From positions 32,001 to 96,000 of the IMG/VR virus record IMGVR_UViG_3300037882_001492: a DNA stretch of 64,000 nt. One strand, written 5' to 3'. Within the stretch, counting starts at the first letter, position 1. Each line of letters begins with the position of its first letter. The DNA is from a virus. Of this stretch, positions 27,337-37,520 are shown one piece after another. The position numbers and the translations under genes are program-made. The notes under the pieces were generated by a model. The model worked only from the letters and a program-made list of their open reading frames with translations, had not been told where the DNA came from and made no database searches.

Positions 27337-27826
27337 TTGGTCTTTTTCCTAAAGTTGTTATTGTTTTATCAATGTTCTCTTCAACTGCTTTCGCAACATT
27401 TTGGGAGCGTTTAATTCTTTCGTGTACTTCTTTTCCTTTTACTCGTTTCAAAGTACCTTCCTGCTCAAAATATTCATAATCCATTTCATATTTGGAATAA
27501 GGTGAAATTCCTTTCTTACCTTCTAATATTTCTTGTGAGTTTTTAATCTCTGCTTGCTGAATTTCCTTTGTATAGGATTTTCTACTTTCAACAGATCGAA
27601 ACACTCGTTCTCTGAAATCTGATGACCTTGCTTGGCATAGAAACTTACCGAAACTAAGTTCCGCCAATTTACCACATTCAGGACATTCAGCATTAGCCGG
27701 AACTGTTAAAGGTGGTTCATCAAAATCCACTATGAATTTGTGTGGAATCATCGAACATTCATCGTTCTCACACCAAAAGTAGAATTTAGTTTGAATGAAA
27801 TTTTCTTCTCCTGCTTTCATTAACAA
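27329..27826 (-). CDS. Zn-ribbon protein (FmdB-like)
   Basis: CENDEC...CPECG. Confidence 0.55.
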   Translation of the reverse strand: MLMKAGEENFIQTKFYFWCENDECSMIPHKFIVDFDEPPLTVPANAECPECGKLAELSFGKFLCQARSSDFRERVFRSVESRKSYTKEIQQAEIKNSQEILEGKKGISPYSKYEMDYEYFEQEGTLKRVKGKEVHERIKRSQNVAKAVEENIDKTITTLGKRPNG

Positions 27827-28119
27827 TCCTCTTCTTCGTTTCGTATCTTATCAGGAATTCCAACACATGATTCATTTACATAACTAAACTCATATTCTAG
27901 GTTAGAGCTACTATCTTGATTGTGTTTTCTATAACACAAAACCATGGGCATGTATTCTAAAAGAATTGCACCTTCAAGTCGTCTAAGAATTTCATTAATT
28001 GCGGCAGTTCCGTATTCAGATGGGATATACCCGTCTTTATGTCTTTGTAATGTCCCGATAATTTCTAACAAAAGATTATCTTGTGTTAGTGGCCGTAAAT
28101 AATTTACATTATTTTTCAT
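27820..28119 (-). CDS. hypothetical protein
   Basis: ORF track. Confidence 0.55.
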   Translation of the reverse strand: MKNNVNYLRPLTQDNLLLEIIGTLQRHKDGYIPSEYGTAAINEILRRLEGAILLEYMPMVLCYRKHNQDSSSNLEYEFSYVNESCVGIPDKIRNEEEDC

Positions 28120-28125
28120 ATTTTA

Positions 28126-31100
28126 TTATAATTCACAAACCCCATTTTTGCAAGTGTCCACAGAATCTACTACATCGACCAACTCACCTTCGATAATTAA
28201 CTTGTCCAAGTCAACGGTTGCTGGATCAATTCTAGTAAGTGGTTCGTTTCCTCTGCTTCCTGCTTTATAGAAAGTGAAGCCTTTAATATCAGCAGCATAA
28301 GTAGTTAAAGTCTCTTGAATTTCGGGAGTCATTGTAAATGTCTCTGGTAGATTACAAGTTTTTGATACGGCTGAATCAATGAATTGTTGAATAGTGGCTT
28401 GCATTTTAATGTGTTCTTCGGGAGTAACATCGTATGCACCGACTACATGTTCAACATTCTTTCCTTTCAAGTAAAGGTATTTAAACAACGGATCAACTAC
28501 GATCTTTTCATTCCACACACTTCCAACCGTAGTGCGCCATCTACGCTTATAAATCGGAGAAAATATAGGCTCAATTCCTGTTGAAACCCCAAGCACCATT
28601 GCCGTACTTCCAGTAGGAGGAACAGTTAGTAATACCGCGTTTCTTAATCCGTTTAGTCTAATTTCTGTTCTAAGTCTAGCCGGTAAGGTTTTAAAATACT
28701 TCTCTTTTCTGAGTTTAGACCAATCATAAGCCTCAAACGAACCTTTATGTCTAGCCAAATTCATAGATGCTTTATAGGCCTCATATCGAATAGTTTGAAA
28801 CAGCCTTTCAGTAAACTCCAAACATGCCTCGCTACCATAACGATAACCGGCTTTAATTAGCATATAATGAAATCCCATTACCCCTAATCCAATTCTACGA
28901 CTTCGAATACCGGCTTCTTTACATTCTGGAATTGGAAAATGGTTTGCCGTTAAAACATCATCTAAAAATCTAACACCGATTCTAACAGTTCGTGCAAGCT
29001 TTTTCCAATCTATTTCTCCATCATCAGATACCATATTAGATAAATTAATATTTCCTAAACAACAGTTCGAATATGCAGGTAATGGAATTTCGCCACAATT
29101 TGATGTAAAACCATATTCTGTTAAAAATGTATGGGTATTGTCGTCAACGGTTATATCATAAACATCTTCATAAATCTCTGTAGCTTCAACATTAACAATT
29201 CTAAGATAATCTTTCTCTGTTTTTAGTTGTTGATTCACGATGGTTTGCAAAGCTTCGTGTTTTCTCAAATGCGTAAGTGATAATTTTGTGCCTAATTTTT
29301 TCGATTGAGCTTCACAAATATTCACATCGTAGCGAACAAAACTCTTTCCATTTAATAATGAAATAGACTTTCTAACTTGACAAGACACTCCGATACATCG
29401 AAGCAGTTTTTTAACATCAAACGCCAACTTTTCATGGCAAGTAGTTAAATTTACATAATTGCCACTATTTTTAGAGTCAGTTTTTCGAATACAAACATGA
29501 CCGTCAGAAGAAAACAACCCATCCAAATAACCTAAAATAAAATCCTCTGATGCTGTCCAGATACATTCTGGAAGTCCATTCTTTTTACCTCTATGGCCGA
29601 GACTATAAAAATAATCACAAAATTCTTTTGAATTCACATACAATTCATAGCAGCCTTTATTTAATCTTAAACGAGAGATATTTTTTTTCCTGGAATTAAC
29701 AAAATCAGCCACAATATTCGCAATACCGTTTTCTGAATCTTCCTGAGAAAAAATAAACCCATAATAAGGACCGTTCCGTTTGTGGATTCCAGACCACCCA
29801 TCGCCGTAATTCCACCCCAAAACAAAACCTTCTTCGTATGTTAGTGTAGATTTTTTATTTCCAAAATGTGGAGATACGGGATGATAAATCAAATCTCCTA
29901 TCTGGAGGTCAGAAGTTTCCTTTTTTCTTAAATCTCCACAGTCAATTGAAATTTTATTATCTCGCTTACAATTAATATTTCTTGTAATTATAGGCCATTT
30001 ATGGTCAGGAGTGCAAAAGACTTCTGATTTATCATTAAATGTAATTTTATATAATTGTTTATTAATTCCTGATTTAAAAACTTTACACGAAACTAATTCC
30101 CCTTTGTAGTTAACCACTTTCGTATAAGGGGTAGTTTCGGCAAGGTCTTTTATTTTAAACCATCCATTTTCAGAATACACTAGCGTATCCCAACGAAGAG
30201 ACGGGTTTGTTTGTTGCATAGTCTCGAAATAAGATACATTAGTATGAGAATTAGCGAAATCTAAATTATAGATTCCAGGTTCCCCACACTCAGTAGCGTT
30301 TTTCAAAATACTATGCCACAAATCTTTAGCTTTTAATACGGTTTGAACTGGATCTTCGAAAGTATCTTTGAAATGTTTTACATAGTGAAACTTAGCAACT
30401 CCCAAAGCATCTTCGGCGGTTTTAGCAACTACTTTAATACGATCATTGCCTAGTTCAGAAATTCTATTAATTTCAAAAACATAATATCGGACATGCCTTC
30501 CACCAAAGGTAAAATACCACTCCTCATCTTTATGAACCGCTTCCATAAATCTATCTGTAATTGCAACAGAAATATTGAAATTAGTCAGTTCTTTGCGGTC
30601 TAATTTTACATTCAGAAACTCTAATAGATCAGGATGAGTGATATTTAAAATACTCATAAGGGCGACCCTGCGGCTCCGTCCGGCCATTACATGGTTACCG
30701 ATTTCATTAATCATTTTCATAACAGAAATAGAACCCGGAGCAGAGTATTTAATATTTTGAATATCTTCCCCTTTTGGTCTAATTTCACTAAAGTTTAGAC
30801 CCACACCGCCTCCACCACATGAAATCTTATACATGTCGGAAATTGTTTTTCCAATACTGTCAATATTGTCGTTTGGAGTTAACGCATAACAATTCAACAT
30901 ATTGTTATTCAATCTCCCGGCACCAAATAGAATTCTACCTCCTGGACAGAAATCACCTGAATTTATAGCATCGTAGAACTTCCTTTCGTGAACTTCTCGT
31001 TCTTCTAAAGGTTCCGCCATCGCAACCGTTTTTGCAACTCGCTTGGCACAATCTTTCCATTCTTCTTCACCAGGAAAAGCATATTTGTCTTTGAATATTG

Positions 31101-31140
31101 TTTCTGCCAGACTTCCTGGTTGTATAACATAATTACTCAT
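28126..31140 (-). CDS. nrdJ: class II (B12-dependent) ribonucleotide reductase with intein
   Basis: PGGRIL; NC; GGGVG; GEPG; TNP|intein|CGE; CLG; PTGS; GIEP; C-terminal CKNGVCEL; no NrdB gene in the window. Confidence 0.9.
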   Translation of the reverse strand: MSNYVIQPGSLAETIFKDKYAFPGEEEWKDCAKRVAKTVAMAEPLEEREVHERKFYDAINSGDFCPGGRILFGAGRLNNNMLNCYALTPNDNIDSIGKTISDMYKISCGGGGVGLNFSEIRPKGEDIQNIKYSAPGSISVMKMINEIGNHVMAGRSRRVALMSILNITHPDLLEFLNVKLDRKELTNFNISVAITDRFMEAVHKDEEWYFTFGGRHVRYYVFEINRISELGNDRIKVVAKTAEDALGVAKFHYVKHFKDTFEDPVQTVLKAKDLWHSILKNATECGEPGIYNLDFANSHTNVSYFETMQQTNPSLRWDTLVYSENGWFKIKDLAETTPYTKVVNYKGELVSCKVFKSGINKQLYKITFNDKSEVFCTPDHKWPIITRNINCKRDNKISIDCGDLRKKETSDLQIGDLIYHPVSPHFGNKKSTLTYEEGFVLGWNYGDGWSGIHKRNGPYYGFIFSQEDSENGIANIVADFVNSRKKNISRLRLNKGCYELYVNSKEFCDYFYSLGHRGKKNGLPECIWTASEDFILGYLDGLFSSDGHVCIRKTDSKNSGNYVNLTTCHEKLAFDVKKLLRCIGVSCQVRKSISLLNGKSFVRYDVNICEAQSKKLGTKLSLTHLRKHEALQTIVNQQLKTEKDYLRIVNVEATEIYEDVYDITVDDNTHTFLTEYGFTSNCGEIPLPAYSNCCLGNINLSNMVSDDGEIDWKKLARTVRIGVRFLDDVLTANHFPIPECKEAGIRSRRIGLGVMGFHYMLIKAGYRYGSEACLEFTERLFQTIRYEAYKASMNLARHKGSFEAYDWSKLRKEKYFKTLPARLRTEIRLNGLRNAVLLTVPPTGSTAMVLGVSTGIEPIFSPIYKRRWRTTVGSVWNEKIVVDPLFKYLYLKGKNVEHVVGAYDVTPEEHIKMQATIQQFIDSAVSKTCNLPETFTMTPEIQETLTTYAADIKGFTFYKAGSRGNEPLTRIDPATVDLDKLIIEGELVDVVDSVDTCKNGVCEL
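29098..30201 (-). mobile_element. intein with LAGLIDADG endonuclease (368 aa) in NrdJ
   Basis: Starts SLRWDT; TPDH; LGWNYGDG; LDGLFSSDG; VYDITV...FTSN followed by the catalytic CGE. Confidence 0.93.
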
Positions 31141-31462
31141 TTACTTCTGCAAGCTCCGGTATATTTGGTAACTCTACATCAGTAATAACCGCATAAACAT
31201 CATCATCGAAAAGAACAACCCAATTTGGATCTAATCTTCGTGTTTGGAATCGTCTGATAGCATTTCCTTCAAAGGTAATTAAACTTCCAACTTTAATTGC
31301 TGGATTACATTTCTCACCTACAGATAATACAACCGCTTCTCCAATATGTTTATCTAATTCAGAATCAGGAAGTGCGATCCCTACTGACGATTTAAAATTG
31401 CTTGCATGTCTGTTTTGTAAAACTCTGACAACAAGCCTGTTTCCAATTGCTTGAATTTCCAT
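31133..31462 (-). CDS. groES: GroES/gp31-like co-chaperonin
   Basis: AIGNRLVV; GIALP; VLSVG; IKVG; DVYAVI. Confidence 0.8.
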   Translation of the reverse strand: MEIQAIGNRLVVRVLQNRHASNFKSSVGIALPDSELDKHIGEAVVLSVGEKCNPAIKVGSLITFEGNAIRRFQTRRLDPNWVVLFDDDVYAVITDVELPNIPELAEVNE

Positions 31463-31469
31463 GTGTTTA

Positions 31470-31539
31470 TATCTAGTCTAATTATTATACATCCGACAGA
31501 GAATTTCTGTAACGGTTTCTGAAAAATTGCAGTATTTAG
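31470..31539 (-). promoter_or_regulatory. tandem promoters upstream of groES/nrdJ
   Basis: CTAAATA (31533-31539); TTACAG-N17-TATAAT (31484-31512); CTAGATA (31470-31476). Confidence 0.55.
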
Positions 31540-31550
31540 GGTGCAATATC

Positions 31551-33155
31551 CTATGAAGCGTGTAATTTTGTTACACCTTCGCGTTTCTCTACTAAAATAA
31601 TATTGCTCTCATCTTCTAACAAAGAATTGAGTTCGTCATTGTGAGTAATGACAATAATCTTCTTATCCTTAGCAAGCGTATCAAAGATTTCAACTAAACC
31701 TTGGACACCAATACTGTCTAATGAATCTGCGACTTCATCAAAGAAGATCACATTAGATTTGTTCTTTCCAGTAAAGAGAAGTAAGTCATTTAATGCTAAC
31801 ATTACTGCTAAGTTTACTCTCTTCTTCTCACCGCCAGACAAGTTTTTGAATTCAGTTTCGGCTTCTCCGATATAGATTAACTCTTCAAGCTTTTCGTTAA
31901 AGAACAAAGCCAAAGAGTTATTACTAAGTTGTTTTAAATACTTGTTAACAGAGTCGTTGAAGAAGTCTAAGATATTGACAATAACAAACTGAATAATACC
32001 TTGCTCTGAAAACACTTGTTCCCAATATTTAAGTAACTCATATTCAGTTGCTAAGTCTAACGCCTCTTTAGAGAGTTGATCGTATCTTGCTTGCTGTTCA
32101 ACAAGTTGTTCCGAAAAAATAGATTCTTGACTTTGAAAATCTTTAATTTTCTCAACTAATTCAAAGTCTTGGACTGTAATTGGGATTTCAAGTCCTTCAA
32201 GTTCTTTAAGGAGAATATTTCTTTCCTTTTTCTTTTGATGTTCTTCTTCGGTAAGATGTGCAATCTTTTCTCTAGCATTTGTGAGAAGTCTTTCATTGAC
32301 GGCAAAGCCACAGTTTTCACACTTTTCTTTTTCAAGTTTCTTAAGTTCCTCGTTAAAATAATGTAATTCGTTATGAATACGAGAGATTTGAGTCCCAAGG
32401 CTTGATTCTAAACTAATAACTTCACTACGCTTTCTTTCCATTTCTTGAATTTGTGAAATAGAATGATTCTTAATGAAATCCTTAGATTTAGGATCAGAGA
32501 AAATCTTATTCGCTGTTTGAATTGATTTTCTTGCAAAGTTAAGTTTGTCTTTTAACTTTGTATTAGATTGTCCAATCTCGTCCACTAAAACTTGTTTAGC
32601 TTTGAGATTAGTTGTAGTTTCTGCTTTCTTTACTTTAATACTATCACGCTTCTCAAAAATCTGTTTAAGGTTTAAGAAGTTTTGAATGATCTTTCTCTTT
32701 TGTTCAGGGGTTGCAGAAAGAAATCCAGTTTCATTTGCTTGCCCATGAACCATAGACATTAGAAACAATTCAGGAGTTATGTTAAGATAATCAAATAACC
32801 ATGCTTTTGTTTCTTCCATGTTTTCACCAACATGGTCTTTACCATCAATTATTACAGAAAGTTTAGGTGGGTTTTTATGTCTTTCAATGATAACATTTCC
32901 ATTAACTTGCATTGTAACTCTGCATTTCTTATCAATACGAGTATTGGAGATATTGGTAGCCTTTCTGATTGTCTTGCCAGATAAGCACCAATAAATAGCC
33001 TCAATAATTGCACTTTTCCCTGCACCATTCGATCCAATTGGATCGGTGTCATGGTTGATACCTTTTATCCGCGTAATGGGCGCTAGAGCGTCAAAATTCA
33101 GATAAATCTCACCAACTGAGAATAAACCTTCTATTTTAATCCAGTTTATTTGCAT
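31551..33155 (-). CDS. gp46/SbcC-like recombination ATPase
   Basis: NGAGKS; coiled coil with CENC hook; LSGGEKKR; FFDEV; ITH. Confidence 0.93.
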   Translation of the reverse strand: MQINWIKIEGLFSVGEIYLNFDALAPITRIKGINHDTDPIGSNGAGKSAIIEAIYWCLSGKTIRKATNISNTRIDKKCRVTMQVNGNVIIERHKNPPKLSVIIDGKDHVGENMEETKAWLFDYLNITPELFLMSMVHGQANETGFLSATPEQKRKIIQNFLNLKQIFEKRDSIKVKKAETTTNLKAKQVLVDEIGQSNTKLKDKLNFARKSIQTANKIFSDPKSKDFIKNHSISQIQEMERKRSEVISLESSLGTQISRIHNELHYFNEELKKLEKEKCENCGFAVNERLLTNAREKIAHLTEEEHQKKKERNILLKELEGLEIPITVQDFELVEKIKDFQSQESIFSEQLVEQQARYDQLSKEALDLATEYELLKYWEQVFSEQGIIQFVIVNILDFFNDSVNKYLKQLSNNSLALFFNEKLEELIYIGEAETEFKNLSGGEKKRVNLAVMLALNDLLLFTGKNKSNVIFFDEVADSLDSIGVQGLVEIFDTLAKDKKIIVITHNDELNSLLEDESNIILVEKREGVTKLHAS

Positions 33156-33341
33156 TTATAGTTCATCAGGGCAATCTTGACAATGCATATTTGGTTCTAA
33201 TCCACCGGGATTATAATATATAATTCCATTAGGATGACCTTTAATACGGCACATTAAATGACTAAAACTTGTTAAGTCTTTAAACAAATATTGATGCCAC
33301 TAAATTGAAAACCATCTATAAGGGTCTAATTTCCTTTTCAT
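33156..33341 (-). other. small His/Cys ORF containing one in-frame TAG
   Basis: MKRKLDPYRWFSI*WHQYLFKDLTSFSHLMCRIKGHPNGIIYYNPGGLEPNMHCQDCPDEL; fills the gp47-gp46 gap and its TAA abuts the gp46 ATG. Confidence 0.5.
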
Positions 33342-34335
33342 AATATTCTAATAACAAATCTGTTGTATAAGATTCAGGTTTAAGTAGCACATACTCCTTA
33401 ACCAAATCATCAATCTGTTTACCTGTCATATCTCTAACAGTAACTAAGTTGTTTTCATCGGCTAAACTTGCTTCGGTTTTAACAGCAAACTCAAGATGGT
33501 TTACTGAATATTTGGAAGTGAATTGGTCATAAAGTTTACTTTCGACAGCGACTTTAAACTTATCAACTTCCACGCGGACCAATAAGAAAAATTGATTTGG
33601 TGAAAACTTCTTTAAGAGTTCTTCGATTTCTTCGTAAGAACCCCTAATATGTCTAATACCAAAGTTAATTACTTTCTTGTTAATCTGTTTGATTGTTCTA
33701 TCGTGGATAAGAATCTCATGGAGATACTTATCTGAGTTTGCTTCTCCGAATGAGATTGAATATTGAGTTCCAAGAACATAACTTTTTCCACTCTCGATTG
33801 GAGTGTGTAAATGTCCCATAAAACAATAACGGTCTTTAATGTGTTGCTTTGTAATTAAAGACTCGTATGCTCTACCTCTAACAGCAACACATCCTGCATA
33901 ACCCCAATGTCCGAAAACTGGAAGATTAGGGTATTGCTTTAAGTCTCTTAAAATAAGTTCTTCGGATTCGTAGTGTGGGCTAAACAAAAAATCCACGCCG
34001 CAAATATTAACAATCTCAGCGCCTTTAACTACTTTAACTTTTTCATTTTGAAATAAATCTAATACTGTATCAGTAGTGTCGGACTTCGAAACAGTATCGT
34101 GATTTCCTCTATTTACAATGATTCTCTTGGCTTTAAGATTGTCTAATAAACTTTTAAATGCAAGTAATTCAGTCGCCCTGGGGCTTCTTTTATGGAAAAT
34201 GTCTCCATTGATTACAACTGCGTTTGGTCGTTTGTCATTTACAAGTTTTAAAAGCGTTTTAATTTGTGCATCTAAAAATCCAACTACATAGTCAGACCTA
34301 AGATGAATATCAGTTAAGACAATTATTGATTCCAA
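33316..34335 (-). CDS. gp47/SbcD-like metallophosphoesterase nuclease
   Basis: TDIH; GDIFH; GNHD; GH; GHLH. Confidence 0.92.
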   Translation of the reverse strand: MESIIVLTDIHLRSDYVVGFLDAQIKTLLKLVNDKRPNAVVINGDIFHKRSPRATELLAFKSLLDNLKAKRIIVNRGNHDTVSKSDTTDTVLDLFQNEKVKVVKGAEIVNICGVDFLFSPHYESEELILRDLKQYPNLPVFGHWGYAGCVAVRGRAYESLITKQHIKDRYCFMGHLHTPIESGKSYVLGTQYSISFGEANSDKYLHEILIHDRTIKQINKKVINFGIRHIRGSYEEIEELLKKFSPNQFFLLVRVEVDKFKVAVESKLYDQFTSKYSVNHLEFAVKTEASLADENNLVTVRDMTGKQIDDLVKEYVLLKPESYTTDLLLEYYEKEIRPL

Positions 34336-34337
34336 AA

Positions 34338-34532
34338 TTATTTAAATACAAATTTATACCCCCCGCATTTTTTGTCGGGGATTTTTTTAATTCGAACACC
34401 ATTTGATAAACATTCTTCACAAAGATGATATGAAGTCTCTTCTTGGCTACATCCGTACTTTAAACTAAATTTATCTGAACCTATAGCACAAGCAATATTG
34501 CAACAATCACAAATATAAGTAATTTTTCTCAT
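34338..34532 (-). CDS. small Zn-finger-like protein
   Basis: CDCC...HLCEEC. Confidence 0.55.
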   Translation of the reverse strand: MRKITYICDCCNIACAIGSDKFSLKYGCSQEETSYHLCEECLSNGVRIKKIPDKKCGGYKFVFK

Positions 34533-36106
34533 AGTAGTAATTTATCGAGATTAGAGACTTTATCATTTACGAATTCAACATGAGTGCCACTTCCAAATGA
34601 TTTTCCTACCTCTATATCTATGGTGAACGGAACATCAAAATCAATTCCAAATACCTTGTTATAGTATGATAGATCAGTCATGCCTTTTCTGATAATATAA
34701 ATTGCCTTTTCCAAATTTTCAGGAGTGACTTGACCTTCATACGAGTCATGTACATTCGCTAAGGTTTCAAGATCAATACCTGTTTTCTCAATAAGACGAT
34801 TAATACGATAAGTTGCTGTTACCAACATATCAGATACCGGACTTTGAATCTTAAAGTTTACACCTTGTCTTAATGCTCGCTCTCTATATTTAATATTCGG
34901 GCTATAGACATTCAATAAATGGCGTTTACGGCCAAACAAGGATTCTGCATATCCGTCTTTGCCTACTTGCTCTCTTGTAGCATTGATCCAGTTCACCACG
35001 CCAGGAAAGGCTTTAAAGTATTGTTGGAAAACTTGCTTACAGAATGCTTTAGGTTTCTTAGATACTAAAGAAAGTTTAGAAGGTCCGCCACCATAGACAA
35101 TCAAGAATGAGATTGATTTAGCAATTTGTCTTTCTTCCTTTGTAATCTCTGAGACTGGTTTCTTGAACACAAGAGAAGCAGTAAATTTATGTAAGTCTTC
35201 TCCTGATAAAAATGCTGAAATAAGATTCTTGTCTCGACATTGATACGCCAACATTCTCAATTCAGCAGTAGAGAAATCTGCTGCAATAAACAACTTACCT
35301 TCATCTGAAATGAACAGGTTTCTAAGGTTGACCGGATCTTCGTCATCTACTCTTGGAAGAGTATGGAATCCAACACCTTTTAATTGAGTTTTGTTAACTA
35401 ACTTAGAAGTCTTTTTAGTAATCTTCTGCTCTTTAATTTTAACAGTTGTATTAGAGCATGAAAGACGACCAGTTACTACTACAGAGAAGTTATAACTAGG
35501 ATGATTTCTATTCTTTCCATTCCACTTGATTGTTTTTTTAATATTGGTGACATAAGTGGAATATTGTTTATCGCGCTTTCTGAACTTTAGCAAACATTCC
35601 AAGAATGGAATTGCTTTCTCTTCTAATTCAGTTCTAGAATCTTGTGCGGCTAATTTTGCTAACAGGGTTTGGCATACTTTAGCATCTGTTGATGGCATTG
35701 TACTTTTAGGATTAAATCTAGTTGGAGTTAGATCAAATCCTGCCGAAGTAAACAACACTACGATTAAATCTTTAGGTGACTTAATATTAATGTCTGGAAT
35801 TGGGCTTAAAGTCATGCATTCTTTCTCTAAGTCTATAAGCATCTGACTGAGTTGTTTATCTAACTCATCCAATGCTTTCTCATCAATTCGCATTCCACGA
35901 TATTCCATCGCTCCAAAGTCCATAAGAACTGGTGCGAGAACTGCATCATAGATTTTAGGCCTACCTTCTTTTGTTAAGTCAGCTTCAATCTTATCAAATA
36001 CCCTTAAGGTAAAATCACAGTCCAATGCATTACCAAGAGCTAATTTGTCTAATGACAAATTAGCCCAATCAACGCATTCTAGGTCTTTTTTACTTACTGT
36101 AAGCAT
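34529..36106 (-). CDS. family A DNA polymerase, polymerase half
   Basis: TGRLS; motif A ADFSTAELR; DLH; motif B RQIAKSISFLIVYG; NFKIQS; motif C VHDS. Confidence 0.93.
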   Translation of the reverse strand: MLTVSKKDLECVDWANLSLDKLALGNALDCDFTLRVFDKIEADLTKEGRPKIYDAVLAPVLMDFGAMEYRGMRIDEKALDELDKQLSQMLIDLEKECMTLSPIPDINIKSPKDLIVVLFTSAGFDLTPTRFNPKSTMPSTDAKVCQTLLAKLAAQDSRTELEEKAIPFLECLLKFRKRDKQYSTYVTNIKKTIKWNGKNRNHPSYNFSVVVTGRLSCSNTTVKIKEQKITKKTSKLVNKTQLKGVGFHTLPRVDDEDPVNLRNLFISDEGKLFIAADFSTAELRMLAYQCRDKNLISAFLSGEDLHKFTASLVFKKPVSEITKEERQIAKSISFLIVYGGGPSKLSLVSKKPKAFCKQVFQQYFKAFPGVVNWINATREQVGKDGYAESLFGRKRHLLNVYSPNIKYRERALRQGVNFKIQSPVSDMLVTATYRINRLIEKTGIDLETLANVHDSYEGQVTPENLEKAIYIIRKGMTDLSYYNKVFGIDFDVPFTIDIEVGKSFGSGTHVEFVNDKVSNLDKLLL

Positions 36107-36109
36107 GTT

Positions 36110-37102
36110 TTAATACTCTTGTAACTCTTTCGGGTAATACATTTTAACAATTTCACTCAACGCATGACCTCTGTTTTCGTCAAGAAGGGCATGGAGTAAT
36201 TGTACATCGTGTACATTATTATACGCCGTAATCCCCTCATTCATAAGGAATTTCTGATCGAACTTAGGATTGGCGAGGATCTTTTTAATGGAGCGATCTT
36301 CTAATAAGCGTTTAATCAAACCTTTAATCTCTTCTAAATCTTTATCGGAATAAGGAGATTCGAAATGTTTAAACGGAACTACGAAAGCACTATACGGCTT
36401 ATATGATGCTCCAAAGCAAGTAATTTTATCTGTATGGAAGTCTAATCCGGTTGTCTCTAAGTCAACAGAAACTTTTTCTGCTTTAAAACATTGTTCGAAC
36501 TCCTTCCGAACTTCTTCCATAGTCATACAGGTCTTATAGGAAGATTCACCGGGTTTGTTCATTCCAAGAATAACTTTGTTATAAGCATTAGTTAAATCTT
36601 CAACAAAGATTCGTCTAACTGTTGGTTCTAAATAAACAACAGTTGGATGCAGGGATGGGATAACGCTAATTTGTTTTCCACCAGTTTCAATAAAGAATTC
36701 TTTTCCACGCTTGTTATAAATCCCACTCTTCTTAAGAACAGACAAACAAGCAGAATTCCCTAATGGAATAATAAGTTTTGGATTGACGACATTAATTAAT
36801 GCCTCAACCTCTTCTCTATAAGCACGAACTTCATTATCAGTTAAAATCTCTTCATTAACATCAGCAAACGGAACTGCTGAAATCCATTCGTAATCACAAT
36901 CAATTGAAGTCCTCTTGAGTAAAGACTTAACAACAGAATGCGCTTCTTCGGCAAACGGATAATATTGACCTGACTCATACCAATCAAACATTGATGTTAC
37001 CACAAATAGAACATCAACCTGTTTGAGTTTATTGAAGGTTACCCGTGTGTATTTAAATTTAAGCGGATCAGTTTCCGAAGAAATAGTAGAAATTTCTTGC
37101 AT
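36110..37102 (-). CDS. DNA polymerase N-terminal half: UDG-like domain plus 3'-5' exonuclease (SPO1-type)
   Basis: NPKLIIPLGN and SLHP (UDG family 4 fold); ExoI DLETTG; ExoII NPKFD; DVQLLH.LLDEN. Confidence 0.85.
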   Translation of the reverse strand: MQEISTISSETDPLKFKYTRVTFNKLKQVDVLFVVTSMFDWYESGQYYPFAEEAHSVVKSLLKRTSIDCDYEWISAVPFADVNEEILTDNEVRAYREEVEALINVVNPKLIIPLGNSACLSVLKKSGIYNKRGKEFFIETGGKQISVIPSLHPTVVYLEPTVRRIFVEDLTNAYNKVILGMNKPGESSYKTCMTMEEVRKEFEQCFKAEKVSVDLETTGLDFHTDKITCFGASYKPYSAFVVPFKHFESPYSDKDLEEIKGLIKRLLEDRSIKKILANPKFDQKFLMNEGITAYNNVHDVQLLHALLDENRGHALSEIVKMYYPKELQEY

Positions 37103-37125
37103 TAATAAGGTTCCCTTACTATAAT
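37097..37125 (+). promoter_or_regulatory. sigma70-like promoter of the late sigma gene
   Basis: TTGCAT-N17-TATAAT. Confidence 0.65.
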
Positions 37126-37128
37126 AGA

Positions 37129-37515
37129 ATGGTTAGGGGAATGACAAAAAAGAAAAAACATTACTTAAATAATAAGCGATTCGAAGAAGTAATATTCGGG
37201 TACCAAAAAGATAAAGCTGCATATGAGGATGAACTAGTTGAGATGTTCACACTCTTATATACGAATGTTTTTATGACATTTAAGTTTAATGTTGATAAAG
37301 ACGACGCATATCAAGAGTGTTTTATTCTATTTGCAAAAGTATTAGATAAGTTTACACCGGACAAAGGATCTGCTTTCAATTATTTTACAACAGTTCTGTT
37401 AAATCATCTGCGTTACATTTACACTAAAAATAAGAAATACAACCAAAAGATTCTAGAGTATAGAAAAGAAATGGGTGATATTGATATTAACTTAGATTTT
37501 ACCGATGAAATTTAA
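37129..37515 (+). CDS. gp55-like late transcription sigma factor
   Basis: HYLNNKRF; F.P.KGSAFNYFT. Confidence 0.8.
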   Translation: MVRGMTKKKKHYLNNKRFEEVIFGYQKDKAAYEDELVEMFTLLYTNVFMTFKFNVDKDDAYQECFILFAKVLDKFTPDKGSAFNYFTTVLLNHLRYIYTKNKKYNQKILEYRKEMGDIDINLDFTDEI

Positions 37516-37520
37516 ATTAA

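Noticed and set aside
21883-30201. LAGLIDADG regions as group I intron ORFs
   Set aside because: Both are in frame with the host protein and bounded by intein splice motifs.
36107-36112. Programmed readthrough of the TAA between the two polymerase halves
   Set aside because: Ochre readthrough is rare, and an ATG follows 3 nt later, which fits reinitiation. It cannot be fully excluded.
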